Source: Phoronis australis (taxonomy: Eukaryota > Animalia > Phoronida). Taken from it: a stretch of DNA of 64,000 bases. The notes below the pieces were generated by a model, which saw only the letters and a list, made by a program, of their open reading frames with translations, had not been told where the DNA came from and made no database searches. How positions within the stretch are numbered: position 1 is the first letter of the stretch; each line of letters begins with the position of its first letter. Positions 12,376 to 25,100 of the stretch are shown piece after piece. The position numbers and the translations under genes were made by a program. The DNA is taken from positions 25,656 to 89,655 of the forward strand of contig NMRA01000027.1 of assembly GCA_002633005.1 (NCBI GenBank), written 5' to 3'.

Positions 12376-15300
12376 TTAAGGCATGCCCTGAAATGTAGCA
12401 AGTCGTTTATAAATTTAAGTGACTGCCATTTTTTGTGAAAATTGCGTTTTTGATGGTGTCTTATGATTTGTAATTACTCTTAAACAACCGAAAGATTATC
12501 CATCATTGTTTAAATGACCAAAGTCTTCATATCTTCTATTAGAAGAAAAATAAAAAGTCTGAGATACGGTTCCCTCAGCCATAGACTAGAAGTATGCTTG
12601 ACAGACCCATATTTCTGTAATTGGACTTAAAAATTGCTGAAAGTATCAAAAATAAAAAGTCTTGAAAATGGGTAACAAAGGCTTGAAATTGTCTCAAAAA
12701 ACTTGCATATTTTGCAGACAAGTGATGGGTTTAAAGAATTGTTATGGCTACGAATGAAAAATAAAGAGTAGACGTAGTTTTATACAATACTAATTATATA
12801 CACCCTTGCTTTCTGAAAATAGTTTTTAACTTTGTGTGAAATTGTAGAGTAGTCACCGTATCACATTTTTGAAAAACAGGGGTAGCATTTTTGACCCAAC
12901 CTGGAGTACTTAATTATTCATATTTCAATATTTGTTCCAGGTTCAGTGACATTTTAAGGCCACTTCAAGCTGCAACATAGACAAGCTTTGTTACTCATTT
13001 CTCTTCCCACAGCATTTCCACACACCAGCAGAGCTGCATGGCACAGTGTAAAAGTCAGTGGCCCTGGAGAAATGTGAATCACAGTACTATGTTACCACAA
13101 GACAATGTGCCAGTGGATTGTTTGTGTACGAAGAGGAACTATATATGACTGCTACACAAGTCAGCCTCATTGGTGAGGATGCCCTTTCATAGGCAATAAG
13201 TCACATGTGGACAATAGCTTATTTCCTTTCCATGAGGGACTGAAACTTAAAGATGTAGTGACACTCTGGTGCAGTTCGGGGTCAGATTTTGGGCACAAAA
13301 CGAGTGAAAGTGATATGCTGTTGTGTGTACCTTAAAGGATCTAATTGTGGATGTTATTGAGGCTGAATGAAGTTACATGAAGGAAAGCCACGTGCTGAAA
13401 CTGGACAAGTACTTTTATAGGCCATTGAAACTAGATCCCAGTGAAATGAAGACCACAAGCATCTGGTATAAATACCTGTCCTTGCTCAATGAGTGACATT
13501 AACTTTTCTTTTCTAATGGTAAAAACCTTTCAACTTGGCACAAATTATGGGGAAATGACATTCAGTGACTGCATCGATTGTCTTATTGTCAGTAGAAAGC
13601 CTGTTAATGTTACACTTTGATGATCGAATAAATTTTTCATCAACAGGCAAGTTTGTCACTAATTATTGAAACCACAATATTTCTTCAGTTTTAAAGCTCC
13701 ATACAGTGCAGTTGTGCTTATTCTTTATAAAGCTGAAATGATTATCGAATACGCTTGTGAATTGCCATTTTCCTGTTAACCTATGTGCAGCGATCAAAAT
13801 GAAGTATTCCCTTTGTTTGCATGAGCTTTCTTAAGAAGGCCTTTGAACAATTTTAAGTTTTGTGTTAACTTGTCTATAAACAAAAGTTCCACATGCAAGA
13901 AAAGTATACTTTCAATTGTAGCTAGCTGGATAAGACTCTACTATACACAAGAATCGAGAAAAAACAATTATAAGTCAGTGTATTTAAAAGCAAAATGGCA
14001 AACTGAACACACAGAGAAACAACATACAACAGCCACACACAGAGAAACAACATACAACTGTAATTTTCCCAATGGAACGGAGTCCATAATCAGGCATATT
14101 AAGTGCTGAATTTCTGAATTAGGTTCAATTCTCTTAGGTTATTGCTGAAACATTGCTTTTCACTTTGTCCAAAGGTAAAATAGACGGTCAGGCGGTTGGT
14201 TTCAGTCGTTTTCCCTCACCTATAACAGAATAGTCAGAGAAATATTAGAAAATTACAAAAGAAAACACAAGACAAAACTACATTTGTAAGGCAGAACATA
14301 CTTGACATTTCATCTTCATGTTTATATGTAGAAACTAATAATCTTTGTACCCAAGTCTTATTTAAGATCTGAATTAAAATAAGTGAAACAGGCTAAAATT
14401 GACTTAACATGTATTTTTCATGACACGTAAAATGTGCTTCTGATCTCAACAAGTAAAATTCAGTCTAGGTGTCAATTTTTATTCCAATGCATTGATACGA
14501 CGTTTGTTGAATTAAGGCTTATTCATGTTCATTTGGCAACTAATCTGGTAGTCCTGGGGGTGGGGCAGCTATAAAATAAGGAAAGTCACTCATCTAGAGA
14601 ATTTTATTGGACATAACATAGCTTTGAAGAGAAACTGTGAAAAAGACACCCTTGACTTCTGAGCGTCATGTACCATACACCTGTTATGTTGGGCGCATTC
14701 CCACCCAGGACATTATGTGAATATGTTGCTAGCCTACCCGGCATCCAAGTCCCGGGTGAGTTTTGGAAAAGAAACAATTAGTTCCACTCAATTATTCAGT
14801 GGGGTAACTGGTGGGGATAACATCACCAAACGATATGTCAAAAGAAACTGATTGCTAAATACTTACCAAAAAAGGTTACAGTATGTAGTCTCCCAATGGA
14901 AATGCAAAAAAGCACACTGATGGGGCTTTGGCATGCACAAACTTTTTGTCAGTTGGTTGACACTTTTGACCGCAATTCTCCACGAATGTAGTAACCTAAG
15001 GTCTTTTGGGAATTTGTGACCACCTCTCGAAGACTTGCACCAGGGAAAACATCAATAATAACGACGTATTTTGATAACATTTCCGTCTTTTTACCAGCTG
15101 TTTACATGCAGACAGCGACGCATGCGCAATTCAATCACCACTAGTACAGCAGCGACACCGCGAGAAGCATTCTCCGAATAGCCCCATTGGTGTCATCATG
15201 TTCCTTACTCAAATGAGAAGAGATTTTTGGAGTCACATTTTGTAATTGCGTCAGACCACACTCGCAAATAAACAGACAAATACTGTGACAAGTCAACTTA

Positions 15301-15479
15301 CAGTCTAATCTCAAGTAATAAGGAGTCAAGTTGTTTCCAAGCCAGAAAGTGACACCCATTTTGACTACGGAACAATATGAGACCAAATTCATACAGTAAG
15401 TGATCTAAACCAAAGCTTAGTTTTGGTCATTGAAGGTGGCTAACTACTTCAGCTAACATATCATGAAATTTTACATGTA

Positions 15480-16866
15480 TCGTATTCGCCCTAATAACCG
15501 CCCAGGGCACTAAGAAAAGTTCGTTTCGGGGGGAGGGTGCTCATTGTAACCCAAGGCGGTTGAAACCCGGTCTCAGAAACGGCTGAAATCGGAAGCTAAG
15601 ATTCATCATATTTACGCTCTGTGACATATCTGTAATCTATGAAAGACTTTCTACAAAACCGTGGTGCATTGCTATCAAACTTTGCTGCTAAAGTACGATC
15701 ATTTCACAGAAAATTGTGCTGCAATCCCAGGGCCAAAACTCGATGACTGACTGCCATGCAATCGTCGATATGGCGACTTGAATGCTTGAAGAAAAATACA
15801 GTTTCGACTCAACAAATTACCTGAAGTATGGCTGCAATACGAGAAAAATCTCTGGACGAACACACATGTTGTTGTCACGTGACGTTTGTTTTGAACTTCG
15901 TCTGCGTTTGTGAGTAAGCAAGCGCGTGCATGTCATCAGAATTCATTTGCAAGAGCAGAGACCGTCTTTGGCCAATGCAATTTAATGAGCTAGATGTGCA
16001 TTGTATCTAAAGAAATTAGCACAAGCACTAGGCCTAAAGCAGAACGTGTTTCATTCAGCACTTGCCGGTCTTGTGCTAAAAACGTTCGACATGTCTCGGT
16101 GAGGCCATATTATTTGTCGTGTGGCTGGATGCATACGTGACTATCTGACGGTTATTTTTCGGTGCAAGGGTGCGTAAGCGTTCACTGTCAGTGGTCATTT
16201 TATCGGCTATTAGGTTTCAAAACACCAATTATGGTTAATCAAACATTCCCATCTTTTATAGTATTAGCAACTGTTGGAAATTAGTGCCAATATTCATTTC
16301 TTGCTGATGCTGTGCTACCCGTTTCATGAATAGATAGTACCCAACTAATGTCTTTGATGACAGGTACATGTATTTAGCGTGCGCTTCTTGGCCATGTGCT
16401 TTTAACTCTGGCCAAGGTTTTTTATTAGTCCTCGATTCGCAGTTTTCATGTGCACAAAGAAATTTGGATTCCTCTTGAAAGCAAGAAATATCTACAACAC
16501 AATCTCGTTAACAAGTACACTACGTCTGTTCTGAAAGCCCAGACCATAGTGGGACACATTCCTCGCAAGATAAGCAAAACTTTTGTGTTCGTTTTGGGGC
16601 TCAGCGGACGGAAGTTCGAAGTGTATAGTCACGGCTAAATAAAGACATGGCGGCGAGGCTCGTGGTCTACAAATTCTGCGCACAATGATTTTTTCAGGAC
16701 TCTCGGATATTATTGATAAATTGAAGACGTTTCCGTAGAATTTTAGGACTGTAGGTAAGGCATTTGTCACACGTACACGTTCATGGACTGGGCGCTTATT
16801 TTAGCAAAGTCTGAAAACGCGTGGGGGTGCATATAGGGGCATGGGCAGTTATTAGGACGAATACAG
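15480..16866 (+). mobile_element. Tc2/pogo-like non-autonomous DNA transposon with a decayed HIRAN-like ORF
   Basis: TA TSD; ~24-bp TIR TCGTATTCGCCCTAATAACCGCCC / CTGTATTCGTCCTAATAACTGCCC. Internal SIRSFHVHKEIWIP...IVGHIPRKIS at 16432-16580. Confidence 0.65.
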
Positions 16867-17053
16867 TAAACACAAAAATGGGGTTCATCTTATAACAAAT
16901 GTTTGTCAATTAAAAGTCATCATATTGAAGTAAATTGGACTCGGAGAAACATGAGTTTAAATGCCTCAATGTATTCATATGCAAGTTATTTCTGAACCAT
17001 TATAATGAAAATTTAACTATGAAATGCTTTTCAACCATTTGTTCAGCACATAC

Positions 17054-17267
17054 TTGTCGTAGGCAGCAGTAAGCCAGTCTTCCAGTAGCTGGACACTGTC
17101 CACCTCAGACAGCTGGCTGGAGGAGGGAAGACGCTTGTTGAGGTGGGAGAAGATACTGGACAAGACACTGGTCAGCTTGTCCTTGGCAAGGTATGAACCA
17201 GCATCCAGGCTGTTGAGAGCATTCTCACGGAAAGCTTCAATTACATTCCAAATGTCAACAAGGTTCA
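17054..17267 (-). CDS. DTNB: Dystrobrevin coding exon 3 (214 nt; LNLVDIWNVIEAFRENALNSLD...LNKRLP...WLTAAYDK)
   Basis: Acceptor tttttcag, donor gtatgt; phase 1 to 2. Contains the diagnostic LVDIWNVIEAFREN and LNKRLP motifs. Confidence 0.95.
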
Positions 17268-18083
17268 CTGAAAAAAATACAGAATGGTTATCACTTTTCA
17301 CTTTTTTCAAAATAAATGATTATTTATAAAAATAGGAACATGCCAACTTTAAGCAAAATTAAACTAAAAGAACTTTGATCCCCAAGACGATGGGAGTCTC
17401 GCATTATAATCATAGACATACAGCAAATTATTATGAGAAAAAATGAATAGAACCTTCAGGGCTGTTCCAGATTACACAGCGACTTGAATCTCGCTGTATT
17501 CACCCACAGTGCCACAAGACTTGTCAAGCACTTAATAAGAGTATATTTGAGTTTTCATGCCATTGGAGTTCCACATGTTTTTTTATGCTGTTGCATTCTT
17601 TATCAGTTTTTCCTGGCTGTATTACTCTTTCCATACATCCAATGTTAACAAGTATTATAATTGCTAAGCAGTGGGCTGCAACTCCAATGGGGGAAGTTGG
17701 ATAAACTTGACAAGCACGAGTTCATTGGATTGATTTTTAATCAAACATGATCGCCTTTCTTGAAGATACCTTTCAAGTCTCGTGTTTTTAAATGGATGAT
17801 GTTAGGAACATTTCCATAGCCATGCCCTTCGATGGTTTCCAACATGACCTGTGAAAATCTGTTTGACAGTCCAAAACTAGGACAAGGAAAACCACTCGCT
17901 GTTTTATGTCTGGGACAAAGGAGAGTTCTATCGCTGAATAATCCGGAACGACCTTATTCTCTAAATGGATTGAGCTCGGCTTCAACACTCATGAATCTCG
18001 AGACGGGGCACAGCAGGTTTACTCATCTTAGCTAGATACAAGATCAAATAGATCAGATTGGTTTCAACATTTTATTAACTTAC

Positions 18084-18164
18084 AGTGCGTCTTCTTTTGA
18101 ATAAACCTTAGCTTACACGCAGTTCTATAGGTGGCAAAGCGAATCACATCGAAATTTTGAGTTC
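18084..18164 (-). CDS. DTNB: Dystrobrevin coding exon 2 (81 nt; [28 protein letters not shown])
   Basis: Acceptor tttcag, donor gtaagt; phase 1 to 1. Contains the [10 protein letters not shown] motif of the dystrophin/dystrobrevin family. Confidence 0.95.
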
Positions 18165-18939
18165 CTGAAATGACACCAGAAGTTGACAGGAATGAGTTGA
18201 TGTGGTGCGTGTTGGTCTGTGTCACAGGTTAATTTACTTACTGTTACAGTACCACCTATGGGTAAGAGTAGCCTTGTGAAAGGATTATGATCGAATCGAC
18301 ACACATCCGTGTATGGGGATCAGTGTGTATGGTCTGGGAATGTAACTGAAAGATATTGTGAATAGTTTGCATTGTTCGACACCTTGTTAAGAAACGAATC
18401 TGTGTAAAATGCGTCCTTATAGTCTACTGCTGTTGTTGCAGCAGCTTAGGTCACAAAGACATTTTCAACAGATGCATAATACTTCTCAAAATCAACTAAT
18501 AACAGCATGTCTGAATATAATTTTCCAATCAATCAGAATGTTTAAATTTTACCACGTTTTGTCAATCAATAAGAACCCCCGATCCAGTGTTAACACGTAT
18601 ACCACTGGAAAATGGTGTACATACCATTACTGCAAACCTTATCAACACAACAGCTATTCCTCACACATTCAGGTTTACAATGACACAAGTCATTTAAAAA
18701 CATACGCCTAAGCAACAATATCAGTTGTTGGATGTGGCTTGCACAGTTTTGAGCAGGACTCAACTCACTTTTAGCTAATACAATAACAGATGGACAATAA
18801 CTGTACTCGGAGTCATGACAATGTCGTACTTGCCTGTGCTCACTACCAATGTCAGGACACCATCATGTACCCAATGCTCGAAAAGTTCTCTTTTTCATCG
18901 CCATGGGTGGCAGCAATAACAGATTCTGTGGCGATAAGA

Positions 18940-19060
18940 CATTCCAGCATGTCGCCCAATGGTGATCAAAAATGTTCACGAAGTACAGCAGATTACGTCA
19001 ACAATGGTTCTGTTGCCCTCAGATTAATCTTTGATGAATAAATTTACAAACTTACCAGGC
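18940..19060. repeat. Dispersed repeat fragment; inverted counterpart at ~30830-30930
   Basis: GGTTCTGTTGCCCTCAGATTAATC..AAATTTACAAA is the reverse complement of TTTGTAAATTT..GATTAATCTGAGGGCAGCAGAACC. Confidence 0.6.
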
Positions 19061-19204
19061 AAAGTAATAGTATTGAGCCTTATTGTGATGAGGATCCCTT
19101 GATAGATTGACTGTAGTTAGCACAGACAATCAATGACCACACAGTGCTTCACTTGGGTTGCAGCTCAAGCTGTCATGTGTTAAAGAGGTTACCATACCAT
19201 GATG

Positions 19205-19537
19205 TGAGTAGGACTAAGAGTGTGCAAGAGGTTACAGTCCCCCGACATGCGTAGCACTAAGAGTGTGCAAGAGGTTACAGTCCCCTGACATGAGTAGGAC
19301 TAAGAGTGTGCAAGAGGTTACACTCCCCTGACACGAGCAAGACTAAGAGTGTGCAAGAGGTTACTTTCCCCTGATATGAGTAGGACTAAGAGTGTGCAAG
19401 AGATTACTGTCCCCTGACATGAGTAGGACTAAGAGTGTGCAAGAGGTTACTGTCCCCTGACATGAGTAGAACTAAAAGTGTGCAAGAGGTTACTGTCCCC
19501 TGATATGAGTAGGACTAAGAGTGTGCAAGAGGTCACA
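19205..19537. repeat. Minisatellite, 43-bp unit x ~7.7
   Basis: Unit TGAGTAGGACTAAGAGTGTGCAAGAGGTTACTGTCCCCTGACA. Confidence 0.95.
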
Positions 19538-19725
19538 TGTTGCAGTGGTGACGAAATAAATGTTTAAAAAAGTATTTCAGATATTTTTTATGTATAGCAT
19601 GTTTCACTGCAACTTAATGAATTATAAAAGTAAGGCTTAAGTGTGGCTGTTTTGCATCTACTGTCCAGTTCTTCTCACCTTAGATGTTACGTAAAATATG
19701 CTACACAACAGGAACAGTCACTTAC

Positions 19726-19792
19726 TCATCTCATTCATCAGCAGAAGGACCGCTGGCTGACCTCTACCCAAGGAGGCAGTTTCTTCTAGCAT
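19726..19792 (-). CDS. DTNB: Dystrobrevin coding exon 1 (ATG at 19792; MLEETASLGRGQPAVLLLMNEMR); whole exon 19821-19726
   Basis: Acceptor ttgcag (19823-22), donor gtaagt. 67 coding nt ending in phase 1, aligning with vertebrate MIEDSGKRGNTMAERRQLFAEMR. The 29 nt upstream of the ATG are open in frame. Confidence 0.85.
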
Positions 19793-20329
19793 TCCACAGG
19801 TGTCACTGGAGCCAAGATGGCCTGCAATGGACATCGGTCAAATGACTCATAAGACAAAACTAAAAAGTTTACACTAAGCAGTTGACACTAAGCGCAATGA
19901 CATGGCAGACGTAAAAGTGTTAACAGAGCTTGACACAGTTTCCACCAGGTGTCAATTTTGTCAAGAGTTTTTGAGGTACACCAACTTGTCCCTGATCATC
20001 TTATTCCAAGTCAACCATTTGTCTAAATACATCATGGTATCTTTAAAATTTTAATAGTAATCCAACCATCCCGTTTCTGAGATCTGATGTTCCGAAGGTA
20101 ACCAAAACTGGCTACTTTTTCTAAGGTCCAACACAAACTTCACAGTCTGGTGATAATTCTCCTAACAACACAGGTAGTCCTAAAAACACCTGTGGTTTTA
20201 GTCAGTCAGATCCCAGCTGGTCTGAAACCTTTATGTGGTGTTTCTGCAGTAACCAAACAGTGCCCCCACTACCCCTGATCAATTTAGAGCTTTTATGAAA
20301 AAGAAAGTGATTAGTGTCAATGGATTGTA

Positions 20330-20490
20330 GTGAGATTCTCACATTTGACAGAGAAATACCAAGTGAAAATTCAAAAATCTGTTGAGGACCTCCAAATCTA
20401 CAGAGGTAAGCGTAAAAAAAGAAAATTGCCACTAGGGGGCACACCGGTAGTCGAAGAGGTCTGCAATTTGTCGTCTGTTGTCAGGTTGAT
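20330..20490 (-). mobile_element. HINE fragment (copy 3); its terminal block resumes at 23040-23167
   Basis: Same subunit sequence as copy 2 (AAATTGCCACTAGGGGGCACACCGGTAGTC). GGAC microsatellite and terminal palindrome remnant at 23095-23167. Confidence 0.65.
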
Positions 20491-20491
20491 A

Positions 20492-21970
20492 AGACCCAAT
20501 TCACACCGACAGGAGGCGCGTTCCAAAACGAGGCTCGCTACGATAGCTCTGTTAGCTTATCGGCATAGTTGTATTTCAGTCCGTGTTGCTCCGCGAACGG
20601 CTAAAAAAAATATGGATACTCAGCTACTATACAATCCCTAAAGACGTTGAGATTCGGAAGAGTTGGGTCGTTGCCATATGCTGCGACAAAGCAAAATATG
20701 TCCATGTAAAATTTATAAACGTTTTTGAAAAGTTTGATCATATTTTGTCGCATTTCGGTTGCCAAGCATAGTAACGACCGGAGAATTGGCCAGCCAGGGT
20801 GTGTTTTCATTACTACGGGTTGAAACATTATAATTTCATTTCCAAAAAGAACAGGGCCCTCAATCCCTCAAATTTGGGCCCAATATCGGCCTCATTCCCA
20901 TCTCAAAAATACTGAAATATCATGCGAAATTCCCCCCACGAGGCATAAAAAATTTCCCAAGTGAAAAATCTCTCTGAGTTCACATCACCTGTAACCACAC
21001 AGGTGACAATTTTTAAGACCACAAAAGGCTACTTTAAATTGAGACAGAGCCTATGAGAGCTTGCAACAGGGCGGAGGTGCTATTGATGGTGATTGGGAGG
21101 TAGATTGCTCCCCTCACTCGGCGAAAAAATCGCCTCTCAGTAGGCACTGGCACCTTTCCCCTCGCCGGATGAAGGAGGCTCCTGGAGAAACATGATAACT
21201 ATGATTCCTTTGTCCAGTTAACTGAAATTGAGTTCTAAAACAAGGTTATGCTTTGGACGAACGAATTAGGTGTTTTAATTTTAAAATTCAACTTGGTCCA
21301 GATTGATATTTGAAACCTAACACATGAAATAGACGTAAGAATTATTACAACCAAGAAAGCAGAACTGATGGTCAAATAATTTTCATTTTCAATAACGAGC
21401 CTGGTTTCTTATTTTAATAAAAATTATTTTTTTAATAAGATCAATTATTCTTTCAGATCAATGACAAATCAACTGTTAGTCCCAGTCAGTGCATAGGATT
21501 AGGCTATGCTTGATGTTAATTCTTGATCAACAAATTAAACCAGATGTGACTAATTGCACATGACAGCCACCACTGTCGAATATGTTTTCAACTCGTCAAT
21601 AATACGAGCAGATGACCTGGTTCGCGGAGAAAGTATTTTGATCAACAATTTACAAGAAAAAATGTAACCCTGCATTCAGCATAGTACCTAATCCGTAACA
21701 CTACGATCGCCGCAATTTGGTCATATTTTCTTTTCATGTTTCGAACCTAGTTTTCCGAAAAAATTAATAAAACCCTTTCGTCAGAAGACTCTTTGGCGCC
21801 TTAACTTGTTCTCTAATGTAATTTTCTACGTCTCTGTGGTTAATTGTCGACACATTATTAAAATTGAACTCGAAAAACCGGCCAGTGAACTCACGCAATG
21901 TCAACTTCCGCTTTGTTTATCACAGTGAGCCTCGCTTTGGATTTTAATGTCCGCCGCGTGAATTGGGTCT
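20492..21970 (+). mobile_element. Non-autonomous TIR element with THAP remnant (PIF/Harbinger-ISL2EU-like)
   Basis: TIR AGACCCAATTCAC...GTGAATTGGGTCT and 3-bp TSD ATA. THAP-like SYYTIPKDVEIRKSWVVAI at ~20570-20760. Confidence 0.6.
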
Positions 21971-21983
21971 ATAGGAACACATC

Positions 21984-23039
21984 CAGGGCTCGACGCTATT
22001 AAAATCGCCAGGTCGCATTTTGCGACCTAGCCAAAATCCCAGGTTGCATTTTCAAACTCCAGCTCGCATTCGTAAATGCCAGGTCGCAAAATTTTCCAGC
22101 CATTTTTATGCGCCAAAATAGATTTTTTAGATCACTGAGAAAATGTTTAGATTATGCTCTTACCTGCAGCGTTAAATACTCACAAATTTTGGATCTCAAA
22201 ATTGACTTCATTCATGCAGGTACGGCCTTACTATTCTTCACGGCCGCCATTGAAAGACTAGAGCGCAAGGCAAGTTGCCGACGTGAAAGTTGAATCAGTG
22301 CTCTCTACATGTAACTGACTTGTGCATTCGAGCAGCTAAATTTGCGATGTGAAAAGGGAGAAAATGCCCGTTGAAAAGGTATCCGGGATTTTGTTAGATC
22401 TGGCCTGCTACTGGCTGTCATCAAAGTCGTTAACGATTCAAACTAACTCGGGTAATGGCGAGTTTGCTCCTCAATATTCCAAGTATGGGAAAAATAGGTC
22501 AGTCACAAAACGACACGAATGTCAGTAGTGTTAACTTTGTTTCCGATGTATAAAACAAAGCCGGGATTTGTTTTTTACATACTGTGAAAAGACGTTTCAG
22601 AAAACTGAAGGTGTGTAAAATGAAAGTGACACACCATATAAGCTCCGTGTCAATTTTAAACCACACGCGGTCGTTTGTAGTGCGCTATGACGGGCGCTAG
22701 CTTGAACTGTGGGCCGAAAGTATTAGCCAATGAAACGCGTCAAAGATCGATTCTGCATATCCCAAGTTCACGCGACTTGCTTACAAGTCATCGGGAGGGC
22801 TGTTCTCGGTTAGTGTTCTTTTGAACTTGGATTTGGCAACAACCATGCAAATAACGGTAGGATTAACAAGAGCTGCTTTGTATTTGCCAGGTATCTGTTG
22901 AGAAGTGCAAAAACTCAGCTCGCATTCGTTGGAAATTCCAGGTCGCATTTTGCGACTTGATATGAGCTGACAAAAATCTCAGCTCGCATTTCCAAATTTC
23001 AGGTCGCAAATGCGACCTGCAGCTCGTTATGTCCAGCCG
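21984..23039 (+). mobile_element. hAT5-like non-autonomous element (CAGGGCTCGAC family)
   Basis: Ends CAGGGCTCGAC and a degenerate GTCGAGCCCTG; subterminal CAGGTCGCA repeats; 5-bp TSD ACATC. Relatives at 30105-30210, 42217-43050, 45130-45598 and 46786-47630. Confidence 0.7.
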
Positions 23040-23167
23040 ACATCTGCCATTAATCTCATCAAGATCCTGTGAGGGGTTTAGGTGATACAGCTGCGGACGC
23101 CGGACAAGGGACGCCCGGACAGACAGAGATGACAGCAATATGTGACCACATATAAATGGGTGCATAA

Positions 23168-24310
23168 AAATGGCCACTAGGTGGCACAGAGTACCTCGAT
23201 TCCATTAGAAAATGGGAGGATCGCATCATCTTACCAATAGATGCCTATATTCCAAATTTTCTGAAAATCTGTTGAGAACCTTTGAAGATACAAACTTAAA
23301 CCTAAAAAACTAAAATTGCCACTAGGGGGCACACTGGTAGTCAGATACATCCAAAAGTTGTTGTAATCCGTTGTGAACATAATACAAAAGCACTTGCTAA
23401 ATTTAGCAAAGATCCTACAAATGGCTTAGGAGATACAACCATGGACGCAAAAAAAACTTCCACTGGGAGGTGCCACAGTAGTCGAAGTTGTCGCAAATTC
23501 GTCAGCTTCGTAGTAAGAACATACATGCCAATTTTCACAATCACCCTAAGATAGAGAATTGGATGCCAAAATAGACTAAAAAACAATAAAAATGGCCACT
23601 AAATGGCGCAAACTACATCAAATCCATCCGAAAATGGGATAACAGCGTCATCTCACTAATAGATGCCTATGTGCCAAATTTTATGGCAATACGTTGAGGA
23701 TCTATGAAGATACAGAGCTAACGTAAAAAATTGAAATTGCCACTAGGGGGCACACCGGAAGTCAGATGCGTCTGAAAGTCATCATCCATTGTTAACATCA
23801 TATAAATACACTTGCTAAATTTAGTATAGATCCCGCCAACTGTTTAGGAGATACAGCCACCGGTGCAAAAAAACAAATCTGCTACTTGGAGGTGCCACAG
23901 TAGACGAAATCGTAGGAAAATCGTCAGCCGTCCTCTTCATTAAAAAACATACACGCCAATTTTCACAAGCCTCCTTAGAGCGGTTTGGTTGACAGAGGGG
24001 TGGACGTCAAACAACAGACTCGGAGAGCAAAAATGACCACCAGGTGGCACAAACTTAGTCGAATCCATCTGAAAACGGAAGGATAGCGTTATCTCACTAA
24101 TATATGCCTATATGCCAAATCTTTATGAAAATACATTGCAAGAAGCTTTGAAGATATAGAGGCAAGCTTAAAAAAATAAAATTGCCACTAGGGGCACACC
24201 TGTAGTTGTTTTGGAGATAGAGCAGCCGACGCCGGACGGACACCAGACGGATGCCGGACGGACAGAGATGACAGCATAATGCTCCACATATAAACATGTG
24301 GGCGCATAAA
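23168..24310 (-). mobile_element. HINE copy 4 (eight ~145-bp subunits plus terminal block)
   Basis: Colinear with copy 2. GGAC microsatellite at 24225-24265; terminal palindrome CCACATAT-aa-ACATGTGG followed by GCGCATAAAAA. Confidence 0.75.
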
Positions 24311-25100
24311 AAGTGCAATTTTAGCAATTATTTTTGTGTGTACTGGTGAAATTTTAGGGTTCTCGTTAGCAAAAATGTTCTTGCCAGAGGCCTGGACTGA
24401 TCTTGCTCACAAACCAGTCATTGGCTACGTAATACAAGAGATTTTACGGTTGTCAACAGCAGTTCAGACATGCCAACTTTCATTTCAGCTGCAAACACTA
24501 GAAAATGAATAAAATTAGCCTAGTTGACTTTCATGATAAACTGCGTAACGTCTCATTTTCAACGATGGTGTCAATCAATGCTCGACAACTGCTTAAAAAT
24601 TACAAATTTTTTCTAAACAAAGGTAAAATGAGCAAAGGGATGCTGGTTGACAATGTGCATTGCAACAGTTAACGACATCAATGTCAGAGTCCAAGATCAT
24701 GAGCTAATTTAGTAAACTTTCATTTTTCGCACATTGTGTTACCATCAGACATTCTTTCATATACGCACATTATGTCGGTTACCATCAGAAATTCTTACTA
24801 TTACTGAGGTGACTCAGATTTTGATGCTTTAATAGGCTAAAGCATACTCAATGCAGTAATATATAATATTCTAGTCATCTTTTCTTCCCTCCTCATTGTA
24901 TCTACCCCCCCTCCCTTCTCCTCAACTGACTCTGGAAATAGCAAGTAATTAGGTGAAGACATACCAAAATGTGAAGGCATACCAAAATGTGAAGCCATAC
25001 CAAACTGTGAAGCTATACCGTTTACACCAAAGTCATGGAAAGACCGAGATGAACAAGGCTTGAAGTAAATAGTGTAGGTAACTTGTTTCTTCCACATGTC

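Noticed and set aside
12990-13470. Possible + strand exons (VYEEELY-like)
   Set aside because: Stops and frameshifts; at best an unclassifiable transposon ORF remnant.
17017-17310. ORF-track 97-aa ORF as a stand-alone gene
   Set aside because: It is an internal exon (17267-17054); the ORF ends are intronic read-through.
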